Assembly (NCBI GenBank): GCA_030698385.1
Contig: JAUYLZ010000018.1
Location: 42,744-106,743, forward strand
DNA length: 64,000 nt
Origin: a bacterium
GTDB lineage: Bacteria > Patescibacteriota > Patescibacteriia > Patescibacteriales > XYC2-FULL-47-12
Reading direction: 5' to 3'
In this document: positions 53,572 to 62,981 of the stretch, one piece after another
Numbering within the stretch: position 1 is the stretch's first letter
Layout of the letters: each line of letters opens with the position of its first letter
Notes under the pieces: generated by a model
The model's database searches: none
What the model saw: only the letters and a program-made list of their open reading frames with translations
What the model was told of the DNA's origin: nothing
Made by a program: the position numbers and the translations under genes

Positions 53572-54456
53572 TCAATGCTGGCACATCTCGCAAAAATGCG
53601 TCCCCCGCCCGGCCAGTCTGATTTTTTTGATTTTTTCTCCGCATTTCCCGCACGCCTCACCCTTGCGTCCGAACACTTTGAGAAATTTTATAAAGTTGCC
53701 TTTTTTTCCGTCCGCGTCGCGATAATTATTAAAAGTCGTCCCACGCTCTTTGATGGCTTTTTTTAATATTAAACTCGACCCCTGCCAGAGTTTTTTTATT
53801 TCTGCGATTGTTAAATCTGGCGTTCTTCGACTCGGCAAAACACCGGCGTAATGACAAATTTCGTCTGCGTAAATATTACCGATACCGGCGATAATCTGTT
53901 GATTTAGCAGTAACGCTTTGATATTAGTTTTACGATGTTTTAATGCCTGCGCAAAATTCTTCAGAGTAAAATCCGGCGTCAGCGGTTCAATACCGAATTT
54001 GTTTAAAACTTGTTTTAATTCTTTTTCATCAACTAACTTCATATAACCAAACGTCCGCAGGTCATTAAAAAATAACCGTGAATTATCCTGAAAGCTAAAG
54101 TAGATATGAGAATACTTATTTGGCAAATCCCACTCCATTGATTTGAATGAATGCCCGCCGGCGGCGATTATTTTGCTTACCCCGCCCTGACGGCGAGGAC
54201 CCTTTTGGTAAATTAGCTGTCCGGTCATCTTCAGGTGTATTAGCAAAACCAAATCGCTTTTTTTTAATTCAACGTAAACCAGCTTGCCGCGGCGGTTGAT
54301 TTTTTTAAAAGTATTCCCGGTCAATATCTGGATAAAATTATTCAATCCGCTCTTAACTAAACGCGGTTTAGTCACGGTTACGCCGGTAATTTTTTTACCA
54401 ATTATTTTTTCTGATAAATCCTGGCGGATTGTTTCTACTTCGGGAAGTTCAGGCAT
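53572..54456 (-). CDS. mutM: formamidopyrimidine-DNA glycosylase
   Basis: MPELPEVETIR, with a C-terminal Zn finger CGKCGEKI...CEMCQ. Confidence 0.85.
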   Translation of the reverse strand: MPELPEVETIRQDLSEKIIGKKITGVTVTKPRLVKSGLNNFIQILTGNTFKKINRRGKLVYVELKKSDLVLLIHLKMTGQLIYQKGPRRQGGVSKIIAAGGHSFKSMEWDLPNKYSHIYFSFQDNSRLFFNDLRTFGYMKLVDEKELKQVLNKFGIEPLTPDFTLKNFAQALKHRKTNIKALLLNQQIIAGIGNIYADEICHYAGVLPSRRTPDLTIAEIKKLWQGSSLILKKAIKERGTTFNNYRDADGKKGNFIKFLKVFGRKGEACGKCGEKIKKIRLAGRGTHFCEMCQH

Positions 54457-54521
54457 GGGTAGAGTTGAAATAATCCCGATTCCAGTCGGGATTATTTTTT
54501 AATTTAAATTCAAAAAAAATT

Positions 54522-56297
54522 TTAGTCAATAACGTGTGTCTTTACTTTTTCCTTTATTTCTTTTATAAAATCATCTTTGGCAATCTCTCTTACCTCTACT
54601 CGGCCGCGATCTCTGACCATCAAGTTATCAGAGCCCATTTCCTTGTCGCCAATGACTAGCATATACGGATCTTTTTCTTTGACCGCCTTGCGAATTTTGT
54701 TGCCGACAGTTTCGTTTGAATTATCTACTTCGACTCTGATATCACTTGAACGAAATTCATCCGCAAGTTCCTCGCAGAATTTAACATGGTTTTCCCCGAC
54801 AGCAATTAGTTTTACCTGTACCGGCGAGAGCCAAACCGGAAAAGCGCCGGCGTAGCGTTCAATCAAAAAAGCTATGGTCCGCTCGACCGCGCCGATTGAA
54901 GATCTATGCACCACTACGGTTAATTTTTCTTTGCCATTTTTATCTGTATAAACCAAATTAAATCTGCCTGACATCACAAAATCATATTGCACGGTAAAAG
55001 CAGTATCTTCTTTTCCTCTGAAATTTTTCATCTGGACATCAATTTTTGGACCGTAAAAAGCCGCTTCATCCTCAGCCTCAACAAAATCGGCTTTTCTTTT
55101 TGTCAAAACTTTTCTCAAAATGCTTTCCGCATCATCCCAGGCTTTATCATCTTTAAAATATTTTTTTTCATCCTTTCGATTTCCCAATGAAAGCCGGTAC
55201 CAATAATCATCACCCATTTTTAACCCGAAAATTTTTGCTAAATATTCAATAAGTTCAAGCGCTTTGTCTATTTCATCACCAGCGCTCTCTTTGTCAGCGC
55301 AAATAATATGGGCATCCGCCAAACAAAAACTTCTAATCCTGATCAAACCAGTTAATTCACCGGATTGCTCATAGCGGTAAAGTTTGGCAAGTTCAGCAAT
55401 GCGCATCGGCAACTCCTTATAGCTTCTGGGCTTGCTTAAGTAAAGTTCAAAATGATGGGGGCAGGTCATCGGCCGCAACATGAACTCCTCATTGTCTATT
55501 TTCAACGGCGGATACATTGAATCCTTGTAGTACGGATAATGGCCGGATTTTTTGTACAAGTCAATTTTGGCAATATCGGGAGTATAGACATGTTCGTAGC
55601 CTCTTTTTGTCTCTTCTTCGACGATAAATCTCTCCAAGGTCATGCGCACAATAGAGCCTTTTTTAGTCCACAACGGCAATCCTTTGCCAACCACGTCAGA
55701 AAAAACAAATAATCCCAGCTCTTTTCCCAGCTTGCGGTGGTCTCTTTTTTCCGCCTCAACAAGCATTGCCAAATAATCATCTAACTCCTTTTTTGTCTCA
55801 AAAGCAACTCCATAAATACGAGTCAGCATTTTATTTTTTTCATCGCCTCTCCAGTAAGCTCCGGCTAATTTTGTGAGTTTGAAACTTCCTTTGGCAATAC
55901 TCTTTGCAGATTCTAGATGCGGACCGGCGCAAAGATCTTCGAAGCCGCCGCTATGATAATAACTAACTTTAGTTTCTCCGCCTGTTTTCAAATCTTCAAT
56001 AAGTTCAACCTTGTAAGGTTGGCCGTTAGCTTGCTCTTTTTTTAAAGCCTCATCTATACCCATTTCAGTTCTGGTGAATTCCAGATTCTGGCTGACGATA
56101 TGCTTCATTTCTTTTTCGATTTTTTTCAAATCTTCTTCGCCAACGCTATTTTTGCCAAAATCAAAATCATAATAAAAACCGTTATCAATCGCCGGACCGA
56201 TGGCAAACTTAACCTCCGGCCAGAGCTTTTTCACCGCTATTGCCATGATATGAGACAAAGAATGTCTTTGTTTTTCAATATTATTATCTTTAGTCAT
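54522..56297 (-). CDS. thrS: threonine--tRNA ligase (no N-terminal TGS domain)
   Basis: Starts at the editing-domain HSLSHIMA motif. Class II core. 591 aa. Confidence 0.9.
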   Translation of the reverse strand: MTKDNNIEKQRHSLSHIMAIAVKKLWPEVKFAIGPAIDNGFYYDFDFGKNSVGEEDLKKIEKEMKHIVSQNLEFTRTEMGIDEALKKEQANGQPYKVELIEDLKTGGETKVSYYHSGGFEDLCAGPHLESAKSIAKGSFKLTKLAGAYWRGDEKNKMLTRIYGVAFETKKELDDYLAMLVEAEKRDHRKLGKELGLFVFSDVVGKGLPLWTKKGSIVRMTLERFIVEEETKRGYEHVYTPDIAKIDLYKKSGHYPYYKDSMYPPLKIDNEEFMLRPMTCPHHFELYLSKPRSYKELPMRIAELAKLYRYEQSGELTGLIRIRSFCLADAHIICADKESAGDEIDKALELIEYLAKIFGLKMGDDYWYRLSLGNRKDEKKYFKDDKAWDDAESILRKVLTKRKADFVEAEDEAAFYGPKIDVQMKNFRGKEDTAFTVQYDFVMSGRFNLVYTDKNGKEKLTVVVHRSSIGAVERTIAFLIERYAGAFPVWLSPVQVKLIAVGENHVKFCEELADEFRSSDIRVEVDNSNETVGNKIRKAVKEKDPYMLVIGDKEMGSDNLMVRDRGRVEVREIAKDDFIKEIKEKVKTHVID

Positions 56298-56391
56298 ATA
56301 TTTTTCTTATATTTTATATAATATATTTAAACGCGAACAATGTCAATTTTCGCGCGGTAATCAATGTATCTAAACTTACCTAAGACAAAAC

Positions 56392-56848
56392 AAAAACAGG
56401 ACAACAGCCCTGTTTAAGTCTCAATGCGGTGTGTATTAAACAAAGTTCGAATGTATTTTGCTGATAATCCTGATGCCGACTAATCGCACGCCCCGCGTGC
56501 GTGGTAGCTCTGGATTGAATCGTACGCTCGTATCGTTCCGCCACTGCCTCGCTTCTCTCGGCAACACCAAAGAAAAATGTTCCTTGCTTTCTTGATTTGG
56601 CGGGGGTGAAATTTCTTTTGAAAGTGGAAAGGACATTTTTCTTTGGTGTTCTGCCCTCCAAGTATTCGGGCAGGTGGCGGAACAATGCGGACGAAGTTTT
56701 GGCAAAACTATTTTTTGGGGAAAGGATTTGCCAAAACTTCGACTGATTTGTTTTTGAATTCGGATGTCGCAAATGGAAAAGGAGGGGTTTGGGGAGGAAT
56801 TTTCCATTTGCTCCTCTTTTTGTTTTGGGGGAATTCGGGGCGGACATG
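56392..56848 (-). ncRNA. candidate ~450-nt highly structured RNA with C-rich loops (alternatively a decayed gene)
   Basis: Promoter to terminator AACAGGgctgttgtCCTGTT plus UUUGUUUUG (56392-56420). Long stems of 20 bp with 1 bulge (56563-56650), 6 bp (56651-56673), 14 bp (56693-56740) and 12 bp (56769-56811). Minus-sense loops are UUCCUCCCCAAACCCCUCC, UCCUUUCCCCAAAAAAUAGU and ..CACCCCCGCC.. Confidence 0.3.
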
Positions 56849-56853
56849 TATGC

Positions 56854-56883
56854 ATTATACTGCACTCTTGCAAAAGAATGCAA
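56854..56883 (-). promoter_or_regulatory. sigma70-type promoter TTGCAT-18nt-TATAAT with palindrome over the -35
   Basis: Minus-sense TTGCATtcttttgcaagagtgcagTATAAT. CTTGCAaaagaaTGCAAG overlaps the -35. Divergent from the XRE stub. Confidence 0.5.
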
Positions 56884-56902
56884 GTTTTCCTATTATATAT
56901 CC

Positions 56903-56995
56903 ATGGCAACAGGTAAAAAACTTGGGGAAAACCTAAGAAAATGGCGTTTGAAAGTGGTTTTGATCTGTACCCCTTTCTTTGCGCACACTTTCTAA
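56903..56995 (+). pseudogene. truncated XRE-family HTH regulator (first ~17 aa only)
   Basis: MATGKKLGENLRKWRLK is a typical XRE N-terminus. It then continues as unrelated VVLICTPFFAHTF*. Composition turns A+T-rich from about 56955. Confidence 0.4.
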
Positions 56996-57024
56996 ACTAT
57001 TATAAATAGTCAATATATAAACAT

Positions 57025-58554
57025 ATGTGTTCAATTACGGGTACGTATATATTTTCAAATAAGCCATCTGACACCACAAAATTAGGTGCCAGTATGCAAA
57101 AAGCTTTAAAAGCCCTACAGAATCGCGGTCCTGATGATTCTTCACTTAATTTTGTGAATAAAAATTGCGTAATGGCTGGAAATCGATTAATTATTAGAGG
57201 GGACGCGGAAAAAGGCAAAATGCCTTATAAAAGAAATGGGGACGTACTTTTTTATAATGGAGAAATATATAATTTTAAAAAATTGTCCCCAAAAGCAATA
57301 GTCGACGGAGATACGATTCTTCCAACATATGAAAAATTTGGTACCAAATCTTTTAATAAATTTGATGGAGAATTCGCAATTTCAATTTGGGATGAAAAGA
57401 AAAAAAGTCTAATATTAGCAAGAGACCCTTTTGGCACAAAACCTATTTATTTTAGTTTAAATAAGAACCGATTAATTTGGGCTTCTTCTGCTCATGCAAT
57501 TAATCAGATTGAGAAACATGCATTATGCAAATCTACACAAGGTCCAACATATAAACACAGTTACGCTGTACAGGAACCTTATACTTCATATAACGGTATT
57601 TGGTCTATTCCTCCTGGACATTTTTTAGAAGTAAACAACAAGGGTTGTAAACTTCACTGTTATAACAAGTGGAGTGAATATAAAGCAGAAACAGAAAATA
57701 CTGACGAGCTTTTTAAAGCCCTTGAGGAATCATTGAAATCTCGGCTTGATTATGATGGTGTAGTGGGGATACCTTTATCAGCAGGAGTGGACAGTGGAAT
57801 TATAGCTTTCATGGCAGATAAGTTAAAAATAAAGTACCACATATTTTCAGTTATAAAAATATTTGGACAAGACACAGAAGAAAAAGAATTTATTCTAGAA
57901 AGAATAAAAAGGTTAAAAAATGTTAACAAAGTCACACTTATTGATTTTGGTGAAAAAGAATACAAAAAAGCTATCAAAGAAATGTTTTTACCTAATTATT
58001 ATGATTCTGAAAAGTTTGATAACGGAAACATTCTTATGCATGCCGTATTTTCAGAAATGGCAAAAAATAAAATACGCGTAGTGATTGATGGAAGTGGAGG
58101 GGATGAATTGTTTCATGGATATAAATTTCGTGATGACTTTAAACCCGTAAGAGGTTGGCCTCGATATTGGAAAAATTGTAATTATTTTTATTCATTATTT
58201 ACCACACTCTTAGATTACACTTCCAAAGCTGATCGAGCTGGATCATTTTTTTCCATTGAATCACGCTTCCCTTTTCAAACCACAAAACTAATGGGGGCTT
58301 CACTTAAATTGAAAAAATCTGAAATATTAAAATGGCCACTAAGAAAATATTTATTAGAGAAAGTAAAATACGGTAAGCCATTACAATATGACAAATTAGA
58401 TAAATTAGGATTTTCAATAAAAAACAAGGATAAGACAACCATGATAAATGATATGCAAAATGCATGGTGTAAAAATCACAACATAACAGCATTACCAGAC
58501 AATGAACCATTAAAATTTCCCTTTAAAATAGGTGTTACTCAACCAAATATATGA
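57025..58554 (+). CDS. asparagine synthase-like amidotransferase (Ntn GATase + PP-loop synthetase)
   Basis: MCSITG (Cys2 nucleophile), RGPDD and SAGVDSGIIAF (SGGxDS-type). Confidence 0.8.
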   Translation: MCSITGTYIFSNKPSDTTKLGASMQKALKALQNRGPDDSSLNFVNKNCVMAGNRLIIRGDAEKGKMPYKRNGDVLFYNGEIYNFKKLSPKAIVDGDTILPTYEKFGTKSFNKFDGEFAISIWDEKKKSLILARDPFGTKPIYFSLNKNRLIWASSAHAINQIEKHALCKSTQGPTYKHSYAVQEPYTSYNGIWSIPPGHFLEVNNKGCKLHCYNKWSEYKAETENTDELFKALEESLKSRLDYDGVVGIPLSAGVDSGIIAFMADKLKIKYHIFSVIKIFGQDTEEKEFILERIKRLKNVNKVTLIDFGEKEYKKAIKEMFLPNYYDSEKFDNGNILMHAVFSEMAKNKIRVVIDGSGGDELFHGYKFRDDFKPVRGWPRYWKNCNYFYSLFTTLLDYTSKADRAGSFFSIESRFPFQTTKLMGASLKLKKSEILKWPLRKYLLEKVKYGKPLQYDKLDKLGFSIKNKDKTTMINDMQNAWCKNHNITALPDNEPLKFPFKIGVTQPNI

Positions 58555-60131
58555 AAAAAATATACTCAATAACAATGATAAAAAATGAGATAGACATAAT
58601 CGAAACTTTTGTTCGATATCATCTATCTTTTTTGGATGGAATGGTCATATTAGACAACGGAAGCACAGATGGAACCATTGAGGTACTCTTAAAATTAATA
58701 GACGAAGGGTTACTAATTCATTTAACATTTAATGATAATCCTGCATATAATCAATCTGAATTAACTACTGAACTATTTTACAATACATTAAAAAAATTCA
58801 GTCCTGAATATATAGTTCCTCTAGATGCTGATGAATTTTTAACAACTAATTCTGACAAAGAAATAGAAGAAATAATACAGAACGATATTCAAGACGACGC
58901 GATAAATTATATTAGTTGGGTTACTTATGTGCCGACAGAAAAAGATGACCAAACAGAAAAAAATATACTCAAAAAATTAAGATACAGAAGACAAGAACAG
59001 CACAATTATGACGAAAAAATAATAATACCAACTTCCCTAGCAAAAAAATATAAAATTAAAATAAAACAAGGAAACCATGATTTGTATAAAATCGAAAATG
59101 TCTCATTTAAAAAGAACATACTATCTTCTCTTGATCTGGCACATTTTCCAATAAGATCAATTAACCAAATGAAATCCAAATATTTGATTGGCTGGTTAGC
59201 AAATCTTGCAAGACCAGAACAGGTTTTATTTGACTGGTATTACTATTACAACATAATAAAATCTGGAAAAGATTTTTCAATTAATGACTTGAAAGAAATG
59301 GCTCTATACTACGATATCCCTGACAAAAATATTAAAATCGAAACTGTTGAGGATCCAATTGATTTATCGTTAGTAAATAAAATTGATCTAAAATATACTC
59401 CAACTGAAAACGATAATTTATTGAATAATATCCTAAATTACACGGAGACATTAGCTCACAGATATTCTAATATGGTCAAAAAAAATAATTTCGACGAAAG
59501 CAATTTACCAAGTAACGATAATGATATCCTTCAAACAATTCACGATTATTTACTAATTGAAGGATGGCTTAGTATTAAAGAAGCTTGCGAATTGTACAGA
59601 ACGGTAAAATCTATAGAAGGTGATAATTTAATAATTTGTGAAATAGGAAGTTGGTTAGGAAAATCAAGTTACGTACTAGCTAAAGCAATAGAACACAAAA
59701 AGGATTCATGTTTATACTGTATTGATCCATTTGATGCTTCTGGCGATACCTCCTCAGAATTTATTTATAAAAAAGGAGAGGGCACATCAAAAAAAACTCT
59801 TCTGGAAAGATTCAAAATAAATATGGAAAGACTCAATGTATCTAAATTAATTCATATATTAAAAGGTGATAGTTTCAACATCGTCAAGAAGTTTAATAAA
59901 GAAATAGACTTTCTCTTCATCGATGGTAATCATAACCATGAATCTGTCCTTCAAGATTATAAAGATTGGTCTCCTCTTATAAAAAAGGGTGGATATATTG
60001 CTTTTCACGATGTCGGTGCGGCTCATACAACAGGACCAAAACAGGTTGTCGAATTAGAAATTGCAAATAATCCTATGTGGGGAGAACAACGAATGGTTGA
60101 TGAGTTATATGTTGCAAAAAAGATAAAATAG
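58551..60131 (+). CDS. fusion: GT2-like glycosyltransferase N-domain + class I SAM methyltransferase C-domain
   Basis: N-terminus SITMIKNEIDIIETFVRYHLSFLDGMVILDNGSTDGT...PLDADEF. C-terminus ICEIGSWLGKSS...FIDGNHNHESV...GGYIAFHDV. ATGA overlap with the upstream gene. Confidence 0.6.
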   Translation: MKKIYSITMIKNEIDIIETFVRYHLSFLDGMVILDNGSTDGTIEVLLKLIDEGLLIHLTFNDNPAYNQSELTTELFYNTLKKFSPEYIVPLDADEFLTTNSDKEIEEIIQNDIQDDAINYISWVTYVPTEKDDQTEKNILKKLRYRRQEQHNYDEKIIIPTSLAKKYKIKIKQGNHDLYKIENVSFKKNILSSLDLAHFPIRSINQMKSKYLIGWLANLARPEQVLFDWYYYYNIIKSGKDFSINDLKEMALYYDIPDKNIKIETVEDPIDLSLVNKIDLKYTPTENDNLLNNILNYTETLAHRYSNMVKKNNFDESNLPSNDNDILQTIHDYLLIEGWLSIKEACELYRTVKSIEGDNLIICEIGSWLGKSSYVLAKAIEHKKDSCLYCIDPFDASGDTSSEFIYKKGEGTSKKTLLERFKINMERLNVSKLIHILKGDSFNIVKKFNKEIDFLFIDGNHNHESVLQDYKDWSPLIKKGGYIAFHDVGAAHTTGPKQVVELEIANNPMWGEQRMVDELYVAKKIK

Positions 60132-60132
60132 T

Positions 60133-61056
60133 ATGAAAAACCAAATTCATGAAATACCAATAATCATGTATCACCGAATCCTTAATAAAAAGGATGTTGA
60201 ATTAGGTAGCTGTTATAGTGAAATTAATTCGGCTTTAGAGATATCAGAGTTTATTACACAGATAAATTTTTTAAATAAAAAATATTCAATAATCAGTCTG
60301 AGTAAACTGATAGCGTATTTGAAAGGAGAAGCTGATGTTCCATCAAATTCATGTGTGATTTCTTTTGATGACGGCTATATAGATCATTACCAAAATGTTT
60401 TTCCTATCCTTAAAGAATTAGGACTACCGGCCGTTTTTTTTATTATGGGAGATTGTATTTCAGGAACCAAAAAAGTAAGGTGGCTAGATAAATTTTATTA
60501 CATATTAGACAATACTCCTTATCAAAAAAACTCCGACAAATTTAACGAGATTGTGTCCGATTTTTACAGAACAGAGGTAGAGAAAGATAATCATTACGAC
60601 GACAGCAAACTAAAAACATTCATCAGAAACTCCTCTGAAAAAGATACAATTATTGACAAATTATCCTCGACGCTAAACGTAAAGTTAGATCTTGATAAAA
60701 TTAATAAAAAACTATACTTATCAAAAGAAAACATAGCAGAGATGCTTAATAACGGAATGGAATTTGGTGCACATACCATGTCTCACCCGGACCTAAGTAC
60801 AATTACACTAGAAGATTCAGAGAAAGAAATAAAAGACTCAGGAATTATTGTTAGAAACTTAACCAATAAAGAAGAAATACCTTTTGCATATCCATTTGGT
60901 AGCCAAAAAACATACAATAAAAACATTGTTCGAATATTAAAAGAAAATAATTTTTCGTGTGCCCTAACATCAATCACAGGAACAAACAACACTGAAACTT
61001 CATTATTTGAACTTAAGAGAATTGATTCTGCTAATCTAGAGTTAAATAAATATTAA
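60133..61056 (+). CDS. polysaccharide deacetylase (NodB homology domain)
   Basis: ISFDDGYIDHY and FGAHTMSHPDL. Confidence 0.8.
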   Translation: MKNQIHEIPIIMYHRILNKKDVELGSCYSEINSALEISEFITQINFLNKKYSIISLSKLIAYLKGEADVPSNSCVISFDDGYIDHYQNVFPILKELGLPAVFFIMGDCISGTKKVRWLDKFYYILDNTPYQKNSDKFNEIVSDFYRTEVEKDNHYDDSKLKTFIRNSSEKDTIIDKLSSTLNVKLDLDKINKKLYLSKENIAEMLNNGMEFGAHTMSHPDLSTITLEDSEKEIKDSGIIVRNLTNKEEIPFAYPFGSQKTYNKNIVRILKENNFSCALTSITGTNNTETSLFELKRIDSANLELNKY

Positions 61057-61060
61057 TATT

Positions 61061-62011
61061 ATGTATATTTGTATTACACATTCACCAAGAACATTAGATT
61101 TCTCAAGATCATCTATAAATTTTCTTAAAAAAAGATATAGTTCTTCTAAACGTCTAGATTCTTTGAAAAAGTTTGAGAAATTATCGAAAAAAAATTCTCC
61201 TGACTGGACTAACAATGTATCAGTTTGGAAATTAAACTCAAAAAAATTAAAGATGGATTGTTTACTTTTTTTAGAAAGAGACTACACCGCAAATCATGCA
61301 ATTATAGATAAAGGTTCTTTATTAATATGCGGCAACACCTTTTTTGAAAAGTTTAATTTGAAATCCAAAAAAAAGCAGTTTTTCACACACAACTGGTTTG
61401 CTGGCGGGCATACTATATACAAAGATCCTAAAACAGAGCAATTTTGTATTTCTTGTTCATCTAGCGATTCTGTTTTATTTTTTAATCCCAGAAACAAAAA
61501 ATTTACTAAGACGCTGAGAATGCCTGAAAAATTATATGGGTGTAATTATGACCTAAAACCAACAGACGACGTTAGGAAGCATTACATAAGTAATGATGCG
61601 CAATTGACTCATATTAATTGTTGCTATCCTTGTGAAAAAGGTTACCTTACAACATCCTTCATACAAGGTGCGATTGGACTATTTGATTTCAAAAATAATT
61701 ACAAAGAACTCACTTCTGGTTTTCTTGGTTGTCATGGTGCTCGCACAAGACTTGGTTTAAATGGATTTTATTTTTCAGATTCACCATCAGGTTGTTTATA
61801 TGAAATGAATTGGAAAGGTAAAATAATAAGAAAATTTAATGTTAAAAGTAAGTGGTTACACGATACTCAGTGGATAAAGGATGATATATATTTATTTTCG
61901 TTAAGCGACTCTAACACTCTTCAACTTTGGGATATAAATAAAAGTGTTATGTTATGGAGTATAGATGTATCTGCTTACGGAAAAACATCCCTATTAATAT
62001 CAACTTCTTAG
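61061..62011 (+). CDS. hypothetical protein (possibly beta-propeller-like)
   Basis: 316 aa with no recognised motif. Repeated strand-like segments. Confidence 0.35.
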   Translation: MYICITHSPRTLDFSRSSINFLKKRYSSSKRLDSLKKFEKLSKKNSPDWTNNVSVWKLNSKKLKMDCLLFLERDYTANHAIIDKGSLLICGNTFFEKFNLKSKKKQFFTHNWFAGGHTIYKDPKTEQFCISCSSSDSVLFFNPRNKKFTKTLRMPEKLYGCNYDLKPTDDVRKHYISNDAQLTHINCCYPCEKGYLTTSFIQGAIGLFDFKNNYKELTSGFLGCHGARTRLGLNGFYFSDSPSGCLYEMNWKGKIIRKFNVKSKWLHDTQWIKDDIYLFSLSDSNTLQLWDINKSVMLWSIDVSAYGKTSLLISTS

Positions 62012-62015
62012 TATT

Positions 62016-62981
62016 ATGAAAAAAAATATTACAGAAAAAAAAATATTTAACGAGCTTTCTAAGATCAATATTTATCCAGATAAGATCGAACCTTTTAATG
62101 AAGGAACTTCTAGATCTACATATAAAGTTAAAACTGAAAAAGACACCTTTGTATTAAAGTTATTTCATGACTCAAATTATAATGAGATACAAGACAAAAT
62201 AACCCTTTTGCAAAAGATTTCATCACATTACAGTAATATCATTTTATCTATCAACAACGAACCAATGATAATAAATGAAATACCTTCTTATATTTATAAG
62301 TATTTTGAAGGTCAATGTTTTTCAGAGATATCAATTGAAAATAAATGTTTTGAATTTGGTAAAATAGTCGCAGAGCTGGATACTGCCTTACAAAAGATAT
62401 CGACCGAACTAAGTACTATTTCAGACACAAGTCTGCTTTATCTTCCTGAGCAAAAATTTTCAGACTTAAACATAAACAAACTATCTGGCACAGCGATTAA
62501 AATATTTAATGACAATTTATCAAATATCGATTTTAATAAAATTCGTAAGCAATATATTCATAAAGATTTACATTATTACAATGTTATACACAATCCGACG
62601 AACAAAAATTATTTAATAATAGATACCGACGGACTATCTGTTCAATATCTCCCACGTGAAATCGCGGTATCTGTTGGCAATCTATTATTAGATTCATCAA
62701 ACGTGTTTTCTGAAAAAGAAGTAACAGCGTTAATGAATGGATATAATACATTAATTAAATTAAACGACGAAGAGAAAAAAGCCATACCCTTATTTATTAT
62801 TCAGAAAAAATTGGGAGAGATAGATTATTTATACAAACAGTTGGCGTTAACAAACAAGAAAAATATACAGGATATTAAAAATATTAATAAGTTTATTATC
62901 TTATCTAAAAATGCTTTAGAATATACAATTAACAACTATGATTTTATTACTAAATTTTTTAATAAAGCTAACCAAAAATGA
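62016..62981 (+). CDS. APH/CotS-like small-molecule kinase
   Basis: HKDLHYYNVIHN (HxDxxxxN) and IIDTDG. Confidence 0.6.
   Translation: MKKNITEKKIFNELSKINIYPDKIEPFNEGTSRSTYKVKTEKDTFVLKLFHDSNYNEIQDKITLLQKISSHYSNIILSINNEPMIINEIPSYIYKYFEGQCFSEISIENKCFEFGKIVAELDTALQKISTELSTISDTSLLYLPEQKFSDLNINKLSGTAIKIFNDNLSNIDFNKIRKQYIHKDLHYYNVIHNPTNKNYLIIDTDGLSVQYLPREIAVSVGNLLLDSSNVFSEKEVTALMNGYNTLIKLNDEEKKAIPLFIIQKKLGEIDYLYKQLALTNKKNIQDIKNINKFIILSKNALEYTINNYDFITKFFNKANQK

Noticed and set aside
56380-56909. Track ORFs 56380..56883 (167 aa) and 56436..56909 (157 aa) as protein genes.
   Set aside because: They overlap in two frames, have low-complexity Ser/Pro/Arg-rich products, and are threaded by perfect 12-20 bp palindromes. 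They are more consistent with a structured RNA or decayed DNA.
57025-62981. Lasso-peptide or other RiPP cluster, suggested by the asparagine-synthase-like gene plus a kinase.
   Set aside because: I could find no small precursor ORF, transglutaminase-like leader peptidase, RRE or ABC exporter. The co-located GT2, NodB and methyltransferase genes point to glycan or small-molecule tailoring.
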